From the NCBI RefSeq assembly GCF_009914755.1, contig NC_060930.1: 64,000 nucleotides of DNA, one strand, 5' to 3'. The translations under genes were made by a program, and so were the position numbers. Below are positions 1-12,628 of the stretch, piece by piece (the first letter of the stretch is position 1; each line of letters starts with the position of its first letter). The notes under the pieces are model-generated. The model was not told the origin of the DNA, searched no databases, and worked only from the letters and a program-made list of their open reading frames with translations. This stretch comes from the human T2T-CHM13v2.0 reference genome, Homo sapiens.

Positions 1-875
1 TCTAAATAGTATTCTTTCATATATAGTCAGCTTATTTGTTTCATAAGTGATTCAAGCCAATGAGCCTGTTTTCATACAAAGTCCCAGAGGTAACTTTTAA
101 GATTTTGAATACCATGGACATGAGTGGATTTTTAAAAGTGGGTGCAGAAGATGTAGCCCCCCCAAAAAGTTTTCTCAAAAATTCACTCCAAGAAATAAGC
201 TAAGATAGTGAAACACTCTTGTTGCCACAGATGGTTAAGGATAGTGTTTGCACATATGGTGTCTTCAGTATTCCATGAATTTATGGAGGGTTGGCAGTCA
301 TAGAACCATTAAATCTGACACCCAGTAGGCCCTCCTAGGATTGAACTTTCCCAGGATTAGCCAGGCAACAAGGGTTGAGACAACAGAAACCTTTCATGGA
401 TGGGATTTCTTATAAAGACAAACTCCTGTGAGAACTTAGCCCATTCAGAAGACAGAAGGTGCTGCTTAATATCTGATGACTCTGTTCCCAGTCCTTTCAC
501 ACTGGCCACTGGAAAGAACCTGAAAATCAGGTCCCCCAAATGGCAGAGACCAGTAAAGAGTGCTGCCACTTGGTCACAAGCCAAGCTATCAGGAATGTAG
601 AACAAGATGAGAATGACTCTATGACAAATGACACAGAAAGAGACAAAGGAAAAAATAAAGACTATTTCTGGAAGGAAAAGATTCAGACAGTATGAAGATT
701 CATATCAAAAAATTACATGACAGTTGGTACACTTAAGGCTAGTCTGCATAAATGCTTTTCACTTGTTAATCTTAAATTTGGAAAAAGAAAAAGAGACAAA
801 TAGTGATTTATTTATTTATTTATTTTGTACCATTCCTTGATGGGTTCCACAGGCTAACACCTGGGAATATGAGTG
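1..875 (-). mobile_element. Internal (leader) region of an older ERV1 (MER34/MER39-group-like), interrupted by HERV-H
   Basis: Reads through the GTAAG TSD into 6975-7076, which ends at a minus-strand PBS and LTR; extends beyond window start. Confidence 0.55.
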
Positions 876-880
876 GTAAG

Positions 881-1331
881 TGTCAGGCCTCTGAACCCAA
901 GCTAAGCCATCATATCCCTTGTGACCTACATGTATACATCCAGATAGCCTGAAGTAACTGAAAAATCTCAAAAGAAGTGAAAATGGCCTGTTCCTGCCTT
1001 AACTGATGACAGTCCACCACAAAAGAAGTGAAAATGGCCAGTCCCTGCCTTAAGTGATGACATTACCATGTGAAATTCCTTCTCCTGGCTCATCCTGGCT
1101 CAAAAGCTTCCCAACTGAGCACCTTGTGAACCCCGCCCCTGCCAGCCAGAGAACAACCCCCTTTGACTGTAATTTTCCACTACCCACCCAAATCTTATAA
1201 AACAGCCACACCCCTATCTCCCTTCACTGAGTCTCTTTTCGGACTCAGCCCACCTGCACCCAGGTGATTAAAAAGCTTTACTGCTCACACAAAGCCTGTT
1301 TGGTGGTCTCTTCACATGGACGCGAGTGAAA
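881..1331 (+). promoter_or_regulatory. 5' LTR7 of HERV-H
   Basis: LTR7 start, tandem ~49-bp U3 repeat (CAAAAGAAGTGAAAATGGCC), GC box CCCCGCCCC 1131-1139, TATAAAA 1196-1202, CCACACCC box, ATTAAA poly(A) signal. Confidence 0.95.
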
Positions 1332-1333
1332 TT

Positions 1334-1352
1334 TGGTGCCGAAGACCCGGGT
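1334..1352 (+). other. Primer-binding site of HERV-H (tRNA-Phe-like)
   Basis: TGGTGCCGAAGACCCGGGT begins 2 nt after the LTR end. Confidence 0.85.
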
Positions 1353-2099
1353 CAGAGGGACTTCTTCAGGAGATCAGCCCCCTGCCCTCACCCTCACTCC
1401 ATGAAGAGATCCGTCTACGACTTCTGGTCCTTAGACTAACCAGCCCAAGGAACATCTCACCAATTTTAAATAGGATAAGTGGCCTCTCTTTACTCTCTTC
1501 TCCAACCTCTCTCACTATCCCACAACCTCTTTCTCCTTTCAATCTTGGCAACATCTTTCAATCTCTCCCTTCTCTTAATTTCAGTTCCTTTCCTTTTCTG
1601 GTAGAGACAAAGAGATGCGTTTTATCTATGGACCCAAAACTCCAGCGCCAGTCATGGACTCGGGAAGACAGTCTTCCCTTGGTGTTTAATCACTGCAGGG
1701 ACGTCTGCCTGATTATTCACCCACATTTCATTGGTGTTTGATCACTGCAGGGATGCCTGCCTTGGTCATTCACCCACATTCCCTTGGTGGCAAGTCAATT
1801 GTGGGGATGCCTGCTTTGGCTGCTCACCCACACTGCAGCCCAGGGCTGCTCACCCAACCCTTTCTCTCCGTTTCTCTACCCTCTCTTCTCTCCACTTTCC
1901 TGGGGGGCAAGCATCCCCCAACCCTTTTCCACTTTCCTGGGGGGCAGGCACCCCCCACCCCTTCTCTCCATGTCTCTACCCTCTCTTTTCTCTGGACTTG
2001 CCTCCTTCACTATAGGCAAACTTCCACCCTCCATTCCTCCTTCTTCTCCCTTAGCCTGTGTTCTCAAGAACTTAAAACCTCTTCAACTCACATCTGACT

Positions 2100-3273
2100 T
2101 AAAATCTAAGCATCTTATTTTCTTCTGCAACACCACTTGACCCCAATACAGACTTGACAGTGGTTCCAAATAGCCAGATAATGGCACTTTCAATTTTTCC
2201 ATACTACAAGATCTTGATAATTCTTGTCATAAAATAGGCAAACGGTCTGAGGTGCCTGACGTCCAGGCATTATTTTACACATCGGTACCTCCCTAGTCTC
2301 TGTTCCCAATGCAACTCATCCCAAATCCTCCTTCTTTCCCTCCCACCTGTCCCCTCAGTCCTAACCCCAAGTGTTGCTGAGTCTTTCCAATATTCCTTTT
2401 CTACAGACCCATCTCACCTCTCCCCTCCTCCCCAGGCTGTTCCTAGCCAGGCTGAGCCGGGTCCCAATTCTTCCTCAACTTCTGCTCTCCCACCCTATAA
2501 TCCTTTTGTCACCTCCCCTACTCACACCTGGTCCAGCTTACAGTTTCATTCCGTGACTAGCCCACCCACACCTGCCCAGAAATTCCCTCTTAAAAAGGTG
2601 GCTGGAGCTAAAGGCATAGTCAAGGTTAATGCTCCTTTTTCTTTATCCGACCTCTCCCAAATCAGTTAGCATTTAGGCTCTTTTTCATCAAATATAAAAA
2701 CCCAGCCCAGGTCACGGCTCATTTGGCAGCAACCCTGAGATGCTTTACAGCCCTAGACCCTAAAAGGTCAAAAGGCCGTCTTATTCTCAATATGCATTTT
2801 ATTACCCAGTCTGCTCCCAATATTAAACAAAGCTCCAAAAATTAAATTCTGGCCCTCAAACCCCACAACAGGACTTAATTAACCTAGCCTTCAAGATGTA
2901 CAGTAATAGAGTAGAGGCACCCAAGTACCAATGTATTTTTGAGTTGCAGTTCCTTGCCTCCACTGTGAGACAAACCCCAGCCAAATCTCCAGGACACAAG
3001 AACTTCCAAAGGCTTGAACCGCAGTGGCCAGGCATTCCTCCAGGACCGCCTACCCCAGGATCTTGCTACGAGTGCCAGAAATCTGGCTGCTGGGCCAAGG
3101 AATGCCTGCAGCCCAGGATTCCTCCTAAGCTGTGTCCCATCTGTGCAGGATCCCACGGAAAATTGGACTGTTCAACTCACCTGGCAGCCACTCCCAGAGC
3201 CCCTGGAACTCTGGCCCAAGGCTCTCTGACTGACTCCTTCCCAGATCTTCTCAGTTTAGTGGCTGAACACTGA
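2100..3273 (+). pseudogene. gag: HERV-H gag remnant
   Basis: ORF 2896-3273 carries two nucleocapsid zinc knuckles, CYECQKSGCWAKEC (His replaced by Cys) and CPICAGSHGKLDC; upstream part is disrupted and its start is approximate. Confidence 0.85.
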
Positions 3274-3612
3274 CACTGCCCGATCGCCTCAGAAGCCCCC
3301 TACACCATCACTGACGCCAAGCTTCAGGTAACTCTCACAGTGGAGGGTAAGTCCGTACCCTTCTTAATCAATACAGAGGCTACCCACTCCACATTACCTT
3401 CTTTTCAAGGGCCTGTTTCCTTTGCCTCCATAACTGTTGTGGGTATTGATGGCCAGGCTTCTAAACCTCTTAAAACTCCCCAACTCTGGTGCCAACTTAG
3501 ACAATACTCTTTTAAGCACTCCTTTTTAGTTATCCCCACCTGCCCAGCTCCCTTATTAGGTCAAGACATTTTAACTAAATTGTCTGCTTCCCTGACTATT
3601 CCTAGGCTATAG
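3274..3612 (+). pseudogene. pro: HERV-H protease remnant
   Basis: FLINTEAT (catalytic DTGA degenerate) and PLLGQDILTKL flap/helix motif; stop at 3610-3612. Confidence 0.85.
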
Positions 3613-3717
3613 CCACACGTCATTGCCACCTTTCCCCCCAGTTCAAAGCCTCCTTCACATCCTTTCCTTGTATTTCCCCACCTTAATCCACAAGTATAGG
3701 ACACCTCTACTTCCTCC

Positions 3718-5915
3718 TTGGCAACAGATGATGCACCCCTTACCATCCCATTAAAACCTAATCACCCTTACCCCGCTCAATGCCAATATCCCATCCCACA
3801 GCATGCTTTAAAAGGATTAAAGCCTGTTGTCACTTGCCTGTTACAGCATGGCCTTTTAAAGCCTATAAACTCTCCTTACAATTCCATTTTACCTGTCCTA
3901 AAACCAGACAGGCCTTACAGGTTAGTTCAGGATCTGTGCCTTATCCACCAAATTGTCTTGCCTATCCACCACGTGGTGCCAAACCCATATACTCTCCTAC
4001 CCTCAATACCTCCCTCCACAACCCATTATTCTGTTCTGGATCTCAAACATGCTTTCTTTACTATTCCTTTGCATCCTTCATCCCAGCCTCTCTTTGCTTT
4101 CACTTGGACTGACCCTGACACCCATCAGGCTCAGCAAATTACCTGGGCTGTATTGCTGCAAGGCTTCACAGACAGACCCCATTATTTCAGTCAAGCCAGA
4201 GTTCTTACACAAGAGCCGGGACCATGCCCTGTAGCCTTTTTATCCAAACAACTTGACCTTAATGTTTTAGCCTAGCCTCATGTCTGTCTGCAATGACTGC
4301 CGCTGCCTTAATACTTTTAGAGGCCCTCAAAATCACAAACTATGCTCAACTCACTCTCTACAGTTCTCATAACTTCCAAAATCTATTTTCTTCCTCCCAC
4401 CTGATAAATATACTTTCTGCTCCCCAGCTCCTTCAGCTATACTCACTCTTTGTTGAGCCTCCCACAATTACCATTGTTCCTGGCTGGCCTTCAATCCAGC
4501 CTCCCACATTATTCCAGATACCACACCTGACCACCATGACTGTATCTCTCTGATCCACCTGACATACACCCCATTTCCCCATATTTCCTTCTTTCCTGTT
4601 TCTCACCCTGATCACATTTGGTTTATTGATGGCGGTTCCACCACGCCTAATCACCACTCACCAGCAAAGGCAGGCTATGCTGTAGTATCTTCCACACTTA
4701 TCATTGAGGCTACCGCTCTGCCCCCTCCACTACCTCTCAACCAGCCAAACTCCTTTCCTTAACTCAAGCCCTTGCTCTTGCAAAAGGACTATGCATCAAT
4801 ATTTATATGACTCTAAATAAATATGCTTTCCATATCCTGCACAGCCATGCTGTTATAGGGGCTGAAAGAAATTACCTCACTATACAAGGGTCATCTATCA
4901 TTAATACCTCTTTAATAAAAACTCTTCTCAAGGCCACTTTACTTCCAAAGGAAGCTGGAGTCATTCACTGCAAGGGTCATCAAAAGGCATCAGATCCATT
5001 GCTCAGGACAATGCTTATGCTGATAAGGTAGCTAAGAAAAGCAACTAGTATTCCAACTTTTATCCCTCATGGCAGTTTTTCTCCTTCTCATCTGGTCACT
5101 CCCACCTACTCCACCACTGAAACTTCCACCTATCAATCTCTTCCCACACAAGGCAAATGGTTCTTGGACCAAAGAAAATATCTCCTTCCAGCCTCACAGG
5201 CCCATTCTATTCTGTTGTCATTTCATAACCTCTTCCATGTAGGTTACAAGCCGCTAGCCTGTCTCTTAGAACCACTCATTTCCTTTCCATTGTGGAAATC
5301 TATCCTCAAGGAAATCACTTCTCAGTGTTCCATCTGCTAGTCTACTACTCTTCAGGGATTGTTCAGGCCCCCTCCTTTCCCTACACATCAAGCTTGGGGA
5401 TTTGCCCCTGCCCAGGGCTGGCAAATTGACTTTACTTACATGCCCTGAGTCAGGAAACTAAAATAACTCTTGGTCTGGGTAGACACTTTCACTGGATGTG
5501 TAGAGGCCTATCCCACAGGGTCTGAAAAGGCCACCATGGTCATTTCTTCCCTTCTGTAAGACATAATTCCTTGGTCTGGCCTGGCCTTCCCACCTCTATA
5601 CAGTCCAATAATGGACTGACCTTTATTAGTCAAATCACCCAAGCAGTTTCTCAGGCTCTTGGCATTCAGTGGAACCTTCATACTCCTTACCATCCTCAAT
5701 CTTCAGAAAAGGTAGAATGGACTAATGGTCTTTTAAAAACACACCTCACCAAGCTCAGCCACCAACTTAAAAAGGACTGGACAATACTTTTACCACTTGC
5801 CCTTCTGCGAATTCGGGCCTGTCCTCGGGATGCTACAAGGTACAGCCCATTTAAGTTCCTGTATGGATGCTCCTTTTTATTAGGCCCCAGTCTCATTCCA
5901 GACACCAGACCAACT
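3718..5915 (+). pseudogene. pol: HERV-H pol remnant (RT partly deleted, RNase H, integrase)
   Basis: RT motifs SPYNSILPVLKP, YRLVQDL, VLDLKHAFF, LLQGF, then a jump near 4198 that removes YxDD; RNase H VIHCKGHQ; integrase SIQSNNGLTF and HTPYHPQSS; frameshifts and stops. Confidence 0.9.
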
Positions 5916-6505
5916 TGGACTGCACCCCACAAAACTTGCCATCCCTACTATTTTCTGTCTAGTCATATTCCTATTCACCATTCTCAACTATTCATAAATG
6001 CCCTGCTCTTGTTTACACTGCTGGATTACACTGCTTCTCCAAGCCATAGCTTAGTACCATACCATAGCTGATATCTCCTGGTGCTATCCCCAAACCGCCA
6101 CTCTTAACTCTTAAAGTAAATAAATAATCTTTGCTGGCAGGATATGCTGAACCTCTTTGGGCACTCTCTAATTGGATGTCCTGGGTCCTCCCAATTCTTA
6201 GTCCTTTAATACATATTTTTCTCCTTGTCTTATTCTGTTTAGTTTTTTAATTCATATAAAACCATATCCAGGCCATCACCAATAATTCTAAATGACAAAT
6301 GTTTCTTCTAACAACCCCACAATATCACCCCTTACCACAAAATCTTCCTTCACCTTAATCTCTCCCACTCTAGGTTCCCACACTGCCCCAATCCCACTCA
6401 AAGCAGCCCTGAGAAACATCACCTATTATCTCTCCATACCATCTGCAAAAATTTTCACCACCCCAACACTTTACCACTATTTCATTTTATTTTTCTTATT
6501 AATAT

Positions 6506-6518
6506 AAGAAGACAAGAA
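6506..6518 (+). other. Polypurine tract of HERV-H
   Basis: AAGAAGACAAGAA directly before the 3' LTR. Confidence 0.8.
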
Positions 6519-6969
6519 TGTCAGGCCTCTGAGCCCAAGCTAAGCCATCATATCCCCTGTGACTTCCATGTATACATCCAGATGGCCTGAAGTAACTGAA
6601 GAATCACAAAAGAAGTGAAAGTGGCCTGTTCCTGCCTTAACTGATGACATTCCACCACAAAAGAAGTGAAAATGGCCGGTCCCTGCCTTAAATGATGACA
6701 ATACCTTGTGAAATTCCTTCTCCTGGTTCATCCTTGCTCAAAAGCTCCCTGACTGAGCACCTTGTGAACCCCGCCCCTGCCAGCCAGAGAACAACCCCCT
6801 TTGACTGTAATTTTCCACTACCCATCCAAATCTTATAAAAAGGCCCCACCCCTATCTCCCTTCGCTGAGTCTCTTTTCGGACTCAGCCTGCCTGCACCCA
6901 GGTGATTAAAAAGCTTTATTGCTCACACAAAGCCTGTTTGGTGGTCTGTTCACATGGACACAAGTGAAA
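6519..6969 (+). promoter_or_regulatory. 3' LTR7 of HERV-H
   Basis: Collinear with the 5' LTR, no indels, about 29 substitutions by manual count. Confidence 0.95.
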
Positions 6970-7054
6970 GTAAGAAATTCTTACCCTTCTGCTGACTTGT
7001 CAGGTCCAGTGTTCCTTTGACTTCAGCTTCCAGAAGAGCAGAGTGGGTTTGGTT

Positions 7055-7072
7055 ATCTTGCTCACAGTGCCA
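7055..7072 (-). other. PBS (tRNA-Ser(CGA)-like) of the older ERV1
   Basis: Minus strand TGGCACTGTGAGCAAGAT vs TGGCGCTGTGAGCAGGAT (16/18), adjacent to the LTR end. Confidence 0.7.
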
Positions 7073-7076
7073 AAAA

Positions 7077-7619
7077 TGAACGGGCCAAGGGAAATCTTCC
7101 CTTTTGCCCTTCCCCTTCAAAGTTTTGCTGAAAATTAAAACTGACAAAAGGAAGGAGAAACAGGAGAAAAGGCATAAAAAATTTTTAAATGTGCAGAAGT
7201 GTGCGTGGAAGTCATACAAAATATGAAAATTCCAAGAAACGGCCAGATAATAGATCCTTTTATATCATCTTGAGGTTATGGTAAGAATGGGGGCTTAGAG
7301 CATGGCAAGACAGGTTATAGGAAAGAGAAAGAAAGAAAGGTATGGCTAGCAAAGTAGGTCTTGTTATGCAGATGTAACCTCACAGGTAGCAGCCCTCAGA
7401 AAGAATAGTTGGAAGACTGGCTGAGTGATCTTTCCTAGATCTGGATATTGAGGAGGGCTTCAGAGAAGGCCTGGCAGTTTGTTTTTCTCTACAGGTGCAA
7501 ATATCTTCCACAAAAAGCAGCTTTTCAGGTTTATTTTTATCTGCAGGCCCTCTAAATAGATATCTCAAACATGTCAATAAAGTATATTATGGGGTTTAAT
7601 ATTTTTGGTTTCCTTTAGT
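7077..7619 (-). mobile_element. ERV1 5' LTR (MER34/MER39-group-like)
   Basis: Minus strand starts ..AAAGGAAACCAAAAATATTAAACCCCATAATATACTT.., contains GAGGGCTGCTACCTGTGAGG, ends ..CA next to the PBS. Confidence 0.7.
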
Positions 7620-7899
7620 GGTCAAGGGTTATCTGATTTAAATGTGATCAAATAGTCAAGAATCACTGAATGCATGGAGGAAATTAAAACCATAAAATAG
7701 AGTTATCAAATAAAACATAAGTCAAATAACACCTGACAAAATAGAGTAATATAGAAAATAGGAAAAAACTTCAGGATACGCATGATTAATTTTTTTTGGA
7801 AAAAGTTAGTTACAACAGACTATTATAATCATAAAAAAGGACAAAGTAGAGATTTTGGACATTAAAAGTTTGTTGAAATAAAGAAAAACAGAGGGAAGA

Positions 7900-8915
<1,016 letters not shown>

Positions 8916-8925
8916 TTCTGCTTGT

Positions 8926-9050
8926 TTTATATATATATACATATATACACATATATACTCACATACACACATACTCAACTCTCTCCCTTTATATGTGTGT
9001 ATATATATGTGTGTATATATATACATATGTGTGTGTGTGTGTGTGTGTAC
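8926..9050. repeat. Compound (TA)/(CA)/(TG) microsatellite
   Basis: Direct inspection. Confidence 0.9.
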
Positions 9051-9119
9051 ACCTGTAAAGGGAGAAGAAGAAGCAATTCTATGGATATGTATGAAAATTT
9101 TGTTTAAGATGGTATTTAA

Positions 9120-9792
9120 TTTTTTTTCTTTTTTTCTTTTTTAATTAGGTATAATTAAGTTCTGGGATAAATGTGCAGAACATGCAGGTTTGTTACATAG
9201 GTATACAGGTGCCATGGTGGTTTGCTGCACTCATCAACCCATCATCTACATTAAGTATCCCTCCTAATGTTATCCCTCCCCTTATCCCCCACCCCCCAAC
9301 AGGCCCCAGTGTGTGATGTTCCCCTCTCTGTGTCCATGTGTTCTCATTGTTCAACTCCCACTTATGAGTGAGAACATGCAGTGTTTGGTTTTTTGTTCCT
9401 GTGTTAGTTTGCTGAGGATGATGGTTTCCAGTTTCATCCATGTCCCTGAAAAGGACATGAACTCATCCTTATTTATGGCTGCATGGTATTCCATGGTGTA
9501 TATGTGCCACATTTTCTTTATGTAGTGTATTATTGATGAGCATTTGGGTTGGTTCCAAGTCTCTGCTATTGTGAATAGTGCTGCAGTAAACATATGTGTG
9601 TATGTGTCTTTATAGTAGAATGATTTATAATCCTTTGGGTATATACCCAGTAATGGGACTGCTGGGTCAAATGGTATATCTGGTTCTAGATCCTGGAGGA
9701 ATCGCCACACTGTCTTCCACAATGGCTGAACTAATTTACACTCCCATCAACAGTGTGAAAGTGTTCCTATTTCTCCACATCCTCTCCAGCAT

Positions 9793-9796
<4 letters not shown>
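9120..9796 (-). mobile_element. 5'-truncated L1PA (about PA7/PA8) 3' end
   Basis: T-rich tail, 3' UTR, and ORF2 C-terminus (ORF 9351-9722 ending ..HCMFSLISGS). Confidence 0.93.
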
Positions 9797-10080
<284 letters not shown>

Positions 10081-10586
10081 ATTAAAGTTATTTCAAAAAG
10101 AGTAACTATAATGATGTATAATCTATTTACCATTTTTATGTAGCTATTTATAATGTTGGTGAATCCCTTTCCAAGATTGCTTCTAGTGCATATAATTTTC
10201 ACATTGTCACAATTATATTTCATTCAAGGATTTAACATTTTTACATTATGTAGACTACGGGCTTCATAGCTATCATTTGTAAAATTTGTATGCTATTCTA
10301 CCATTTTCTAAAATCAGCTAGTCACTGGTTTTTAGGTAAGTTTTAGACCCTGGTCAATGGAACTAGAAAAGGGTTAATGAATTAGCTTCTTTTGAGTTAG
10401 CTTTAGCTATTCTAAGTAGAAGTCATATAAATAATCCTTAAAAGCTAGGAGAAAGCTGGTAAATTTCCAAGCAGTCAATTCTAGCAGTGAGAGGGGAGTG
10501 AATATGTTTTAAAATAGTTTTTCTCAGAATATATCCTGAGGAATACTAATCTTTCACGATGTTCCAGTTTAAAAATTTTGAAAACA

Positions 10587-10890
<304 letters not shown>

Positions 10891-11036
10891 AAAATTGAAA
10901 ACAAAACTTGAAAAAACTTTGGCTACTATATTTTCCTATTAGGAAATCACATTCACAAATTATATTTCAATCTAGGGGAAAAATCATACCTATTTAGCAT
11001 GGTTTTAAAAGAGATTTGCTTCATATATTTAAAACT

Positions 11037-11560
11037 TGCATTTGTTTTATATTGCTGTATAACAAATTATCTGAAAATTTAGCAACTTAAAATCATAAAA
11101 AATTATAATCTCACTTTTTTTGGGATAAGGAATTTGGGAGCCTTTTATCTGGGTGTTTGTGGGTCAGAATCTCTTATGGCTTTGCAACTAAGACAATGGC
11201 TGAGGCTGTAGTCACCTAAAAGCTTAACTGGTCCTATAGGGTCTGCTACCAGGATGGCGCACACACTTGTTGGCTGCAGGTCTTAGTTCCTCACCATGTG
11301 GACCTCTGCTTAGTGTTACTCAAGTATTCTCATGACACAGTAGTTGTCTCTCCCTAGAGCAAGCAATCCAAGAGAGAGAACAAGAAGGAAACCACAATGT
11401 CCCTCTTCCTTAATTTTCCCAATGCCTTCTAAGACAGTGTTTTTAAAAGCTAAACATTGTTCAAAACAAGTAGCTACAACCCTTATTCAAGAGGAGGGGA
11501 CTTAGGTCTCACACGTTGAGAAGTACCAAATAATTTGTGAACACATTTTAAATCCACTAC
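11037..11560 (-). mobile_element. MLT1 (MaLR) solo LTR
   Basis: ATTGCTGTATAACAAATTATC..AAAATTTAGCAACTTAAAA typical MLT1 terminus; ~520 bp. Confidence 0.75.
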
Positions 11561-12350
11561 TATAGTCACGGAATCCACTCTTATAACTTAATAATACCTA
11601 TTAACATGCTAAGGACCATTCTGGAAATACTTGGTTGTTGGGATTTAATACTGAAGAAGGCCCCTATGATATCTTTCTGATGGAGAAAATGGCAGGAATT
11701 GGCTGGCTATGTATTCATATCTAGATGGAAACTGCGTTTTGCATCTCTTTGGTAAAAATATTTTATAAATAATGCATAAGTGGGTTACTTATGACACTTT
11801 TTCAAAGACAGTGTAGTTAAATACAACTCAAAACAATCAATGACATGTAAACCCTGTATAAAATCAAGCAATTGGGACAGGACATTTGTTAGATATCTTG
11901 CACTTCTCTAATATTCACTAATTCTTTCATATAGTCATTTACCAATCTGTTCTTGAGAGCTTTACATTCACCTGGGCTATTGCATATACTGGTATACAAA
12001 GCCTAGTGAAAAAAGTACCCAATCACCTTATGAAAAGCATCATAGTTTTATAGAAAGAGACACATATGGAGCCATTTGCAAAGAAAAGGCTAAAGTAAAT
12101 ACTCTTACAGAGGTAAGACTAAGAGTTTGTGAGCAAAAGGATAGGATAAGTAAGTATGCCTGGAGAATATCTACAATGAAACCTTAAATTTAAGTTTTAT
12201 CTCCTCTACTACTTCTGTTGTAACTTGTAAATCTTAGCATTTTAAGCTTTCATTAGAAGTAGCAATCTAATGTGTGAGTCGTTTATGTACATGGTGGAAT
12301 TCATCTAGTTAGTGAGTCCTATATACAATCATTTGATTCTTTGTTCAAAA

Positions 12351-12628
12351 TTTCAGCTTTTATTTTAGATACAGGGAGTACTTTCTTAGTGAGTCCTATA
12401 TACACTCATTTGATTCTTTGTTCAAAATTTCAACTTTTATTTTGAACTTTCGTTACATGGGTATATTGCACCCAGCTACTGAGCATAGTACCCATTAGGT
12501 AGTTTTTCAACTCACCTTCCTCTCTATTCCTCCCTCTCTAGTAGTCTGCCATACCCAGTGTTTCCATGTTTATGTCCACGTGAGCTTAGTGTTTAGCTCC
12601 CAATTATAAGTGAGAACATGCAGTATTC
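12351..12628 (-). mobile_element. Short old L1PA/L1PB 3' end
   Basis: TTTTATTTTAGATACAGGG..GTTACATGGGTATATTGCACCCAG..GTGAGAACATGCAGTATT. Confidence 0.85.

Larger units (their letters stand above)
881..6969 (+). mobile_element. HERV-H provirus, common internally deleted (~6 kb) type
   Basis: Two 451-bp LTRs starting TGTCAGGCCTCTGA; 5-bp TSD GTAAG at 876-880 and 6970-6974; PBS, gag/pro/pol remnants and polypurine tract. Confidence 0.97.

Noticed and set aside
1680-1990. Repeated ~55-75 bp units in the HERV-H leader resembling a repeat-spacer array
   Set aside because: Degenerate tandem repeats typical of the HERV-H leader; no unique spacers, no cas genes, eukaryotic context
3718-4275. 185-aa RT ORF as a functional reverse transcriptase
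   Set aside because: Deletion near 4198 removes the YxDD catalytic region; protease active site is also degenerate
5915-6505. Intact HERV-H env
   Set aside because: Only ~600 bp lie between integrase and the polypurine tract, with no long ORF; env is largely deleted
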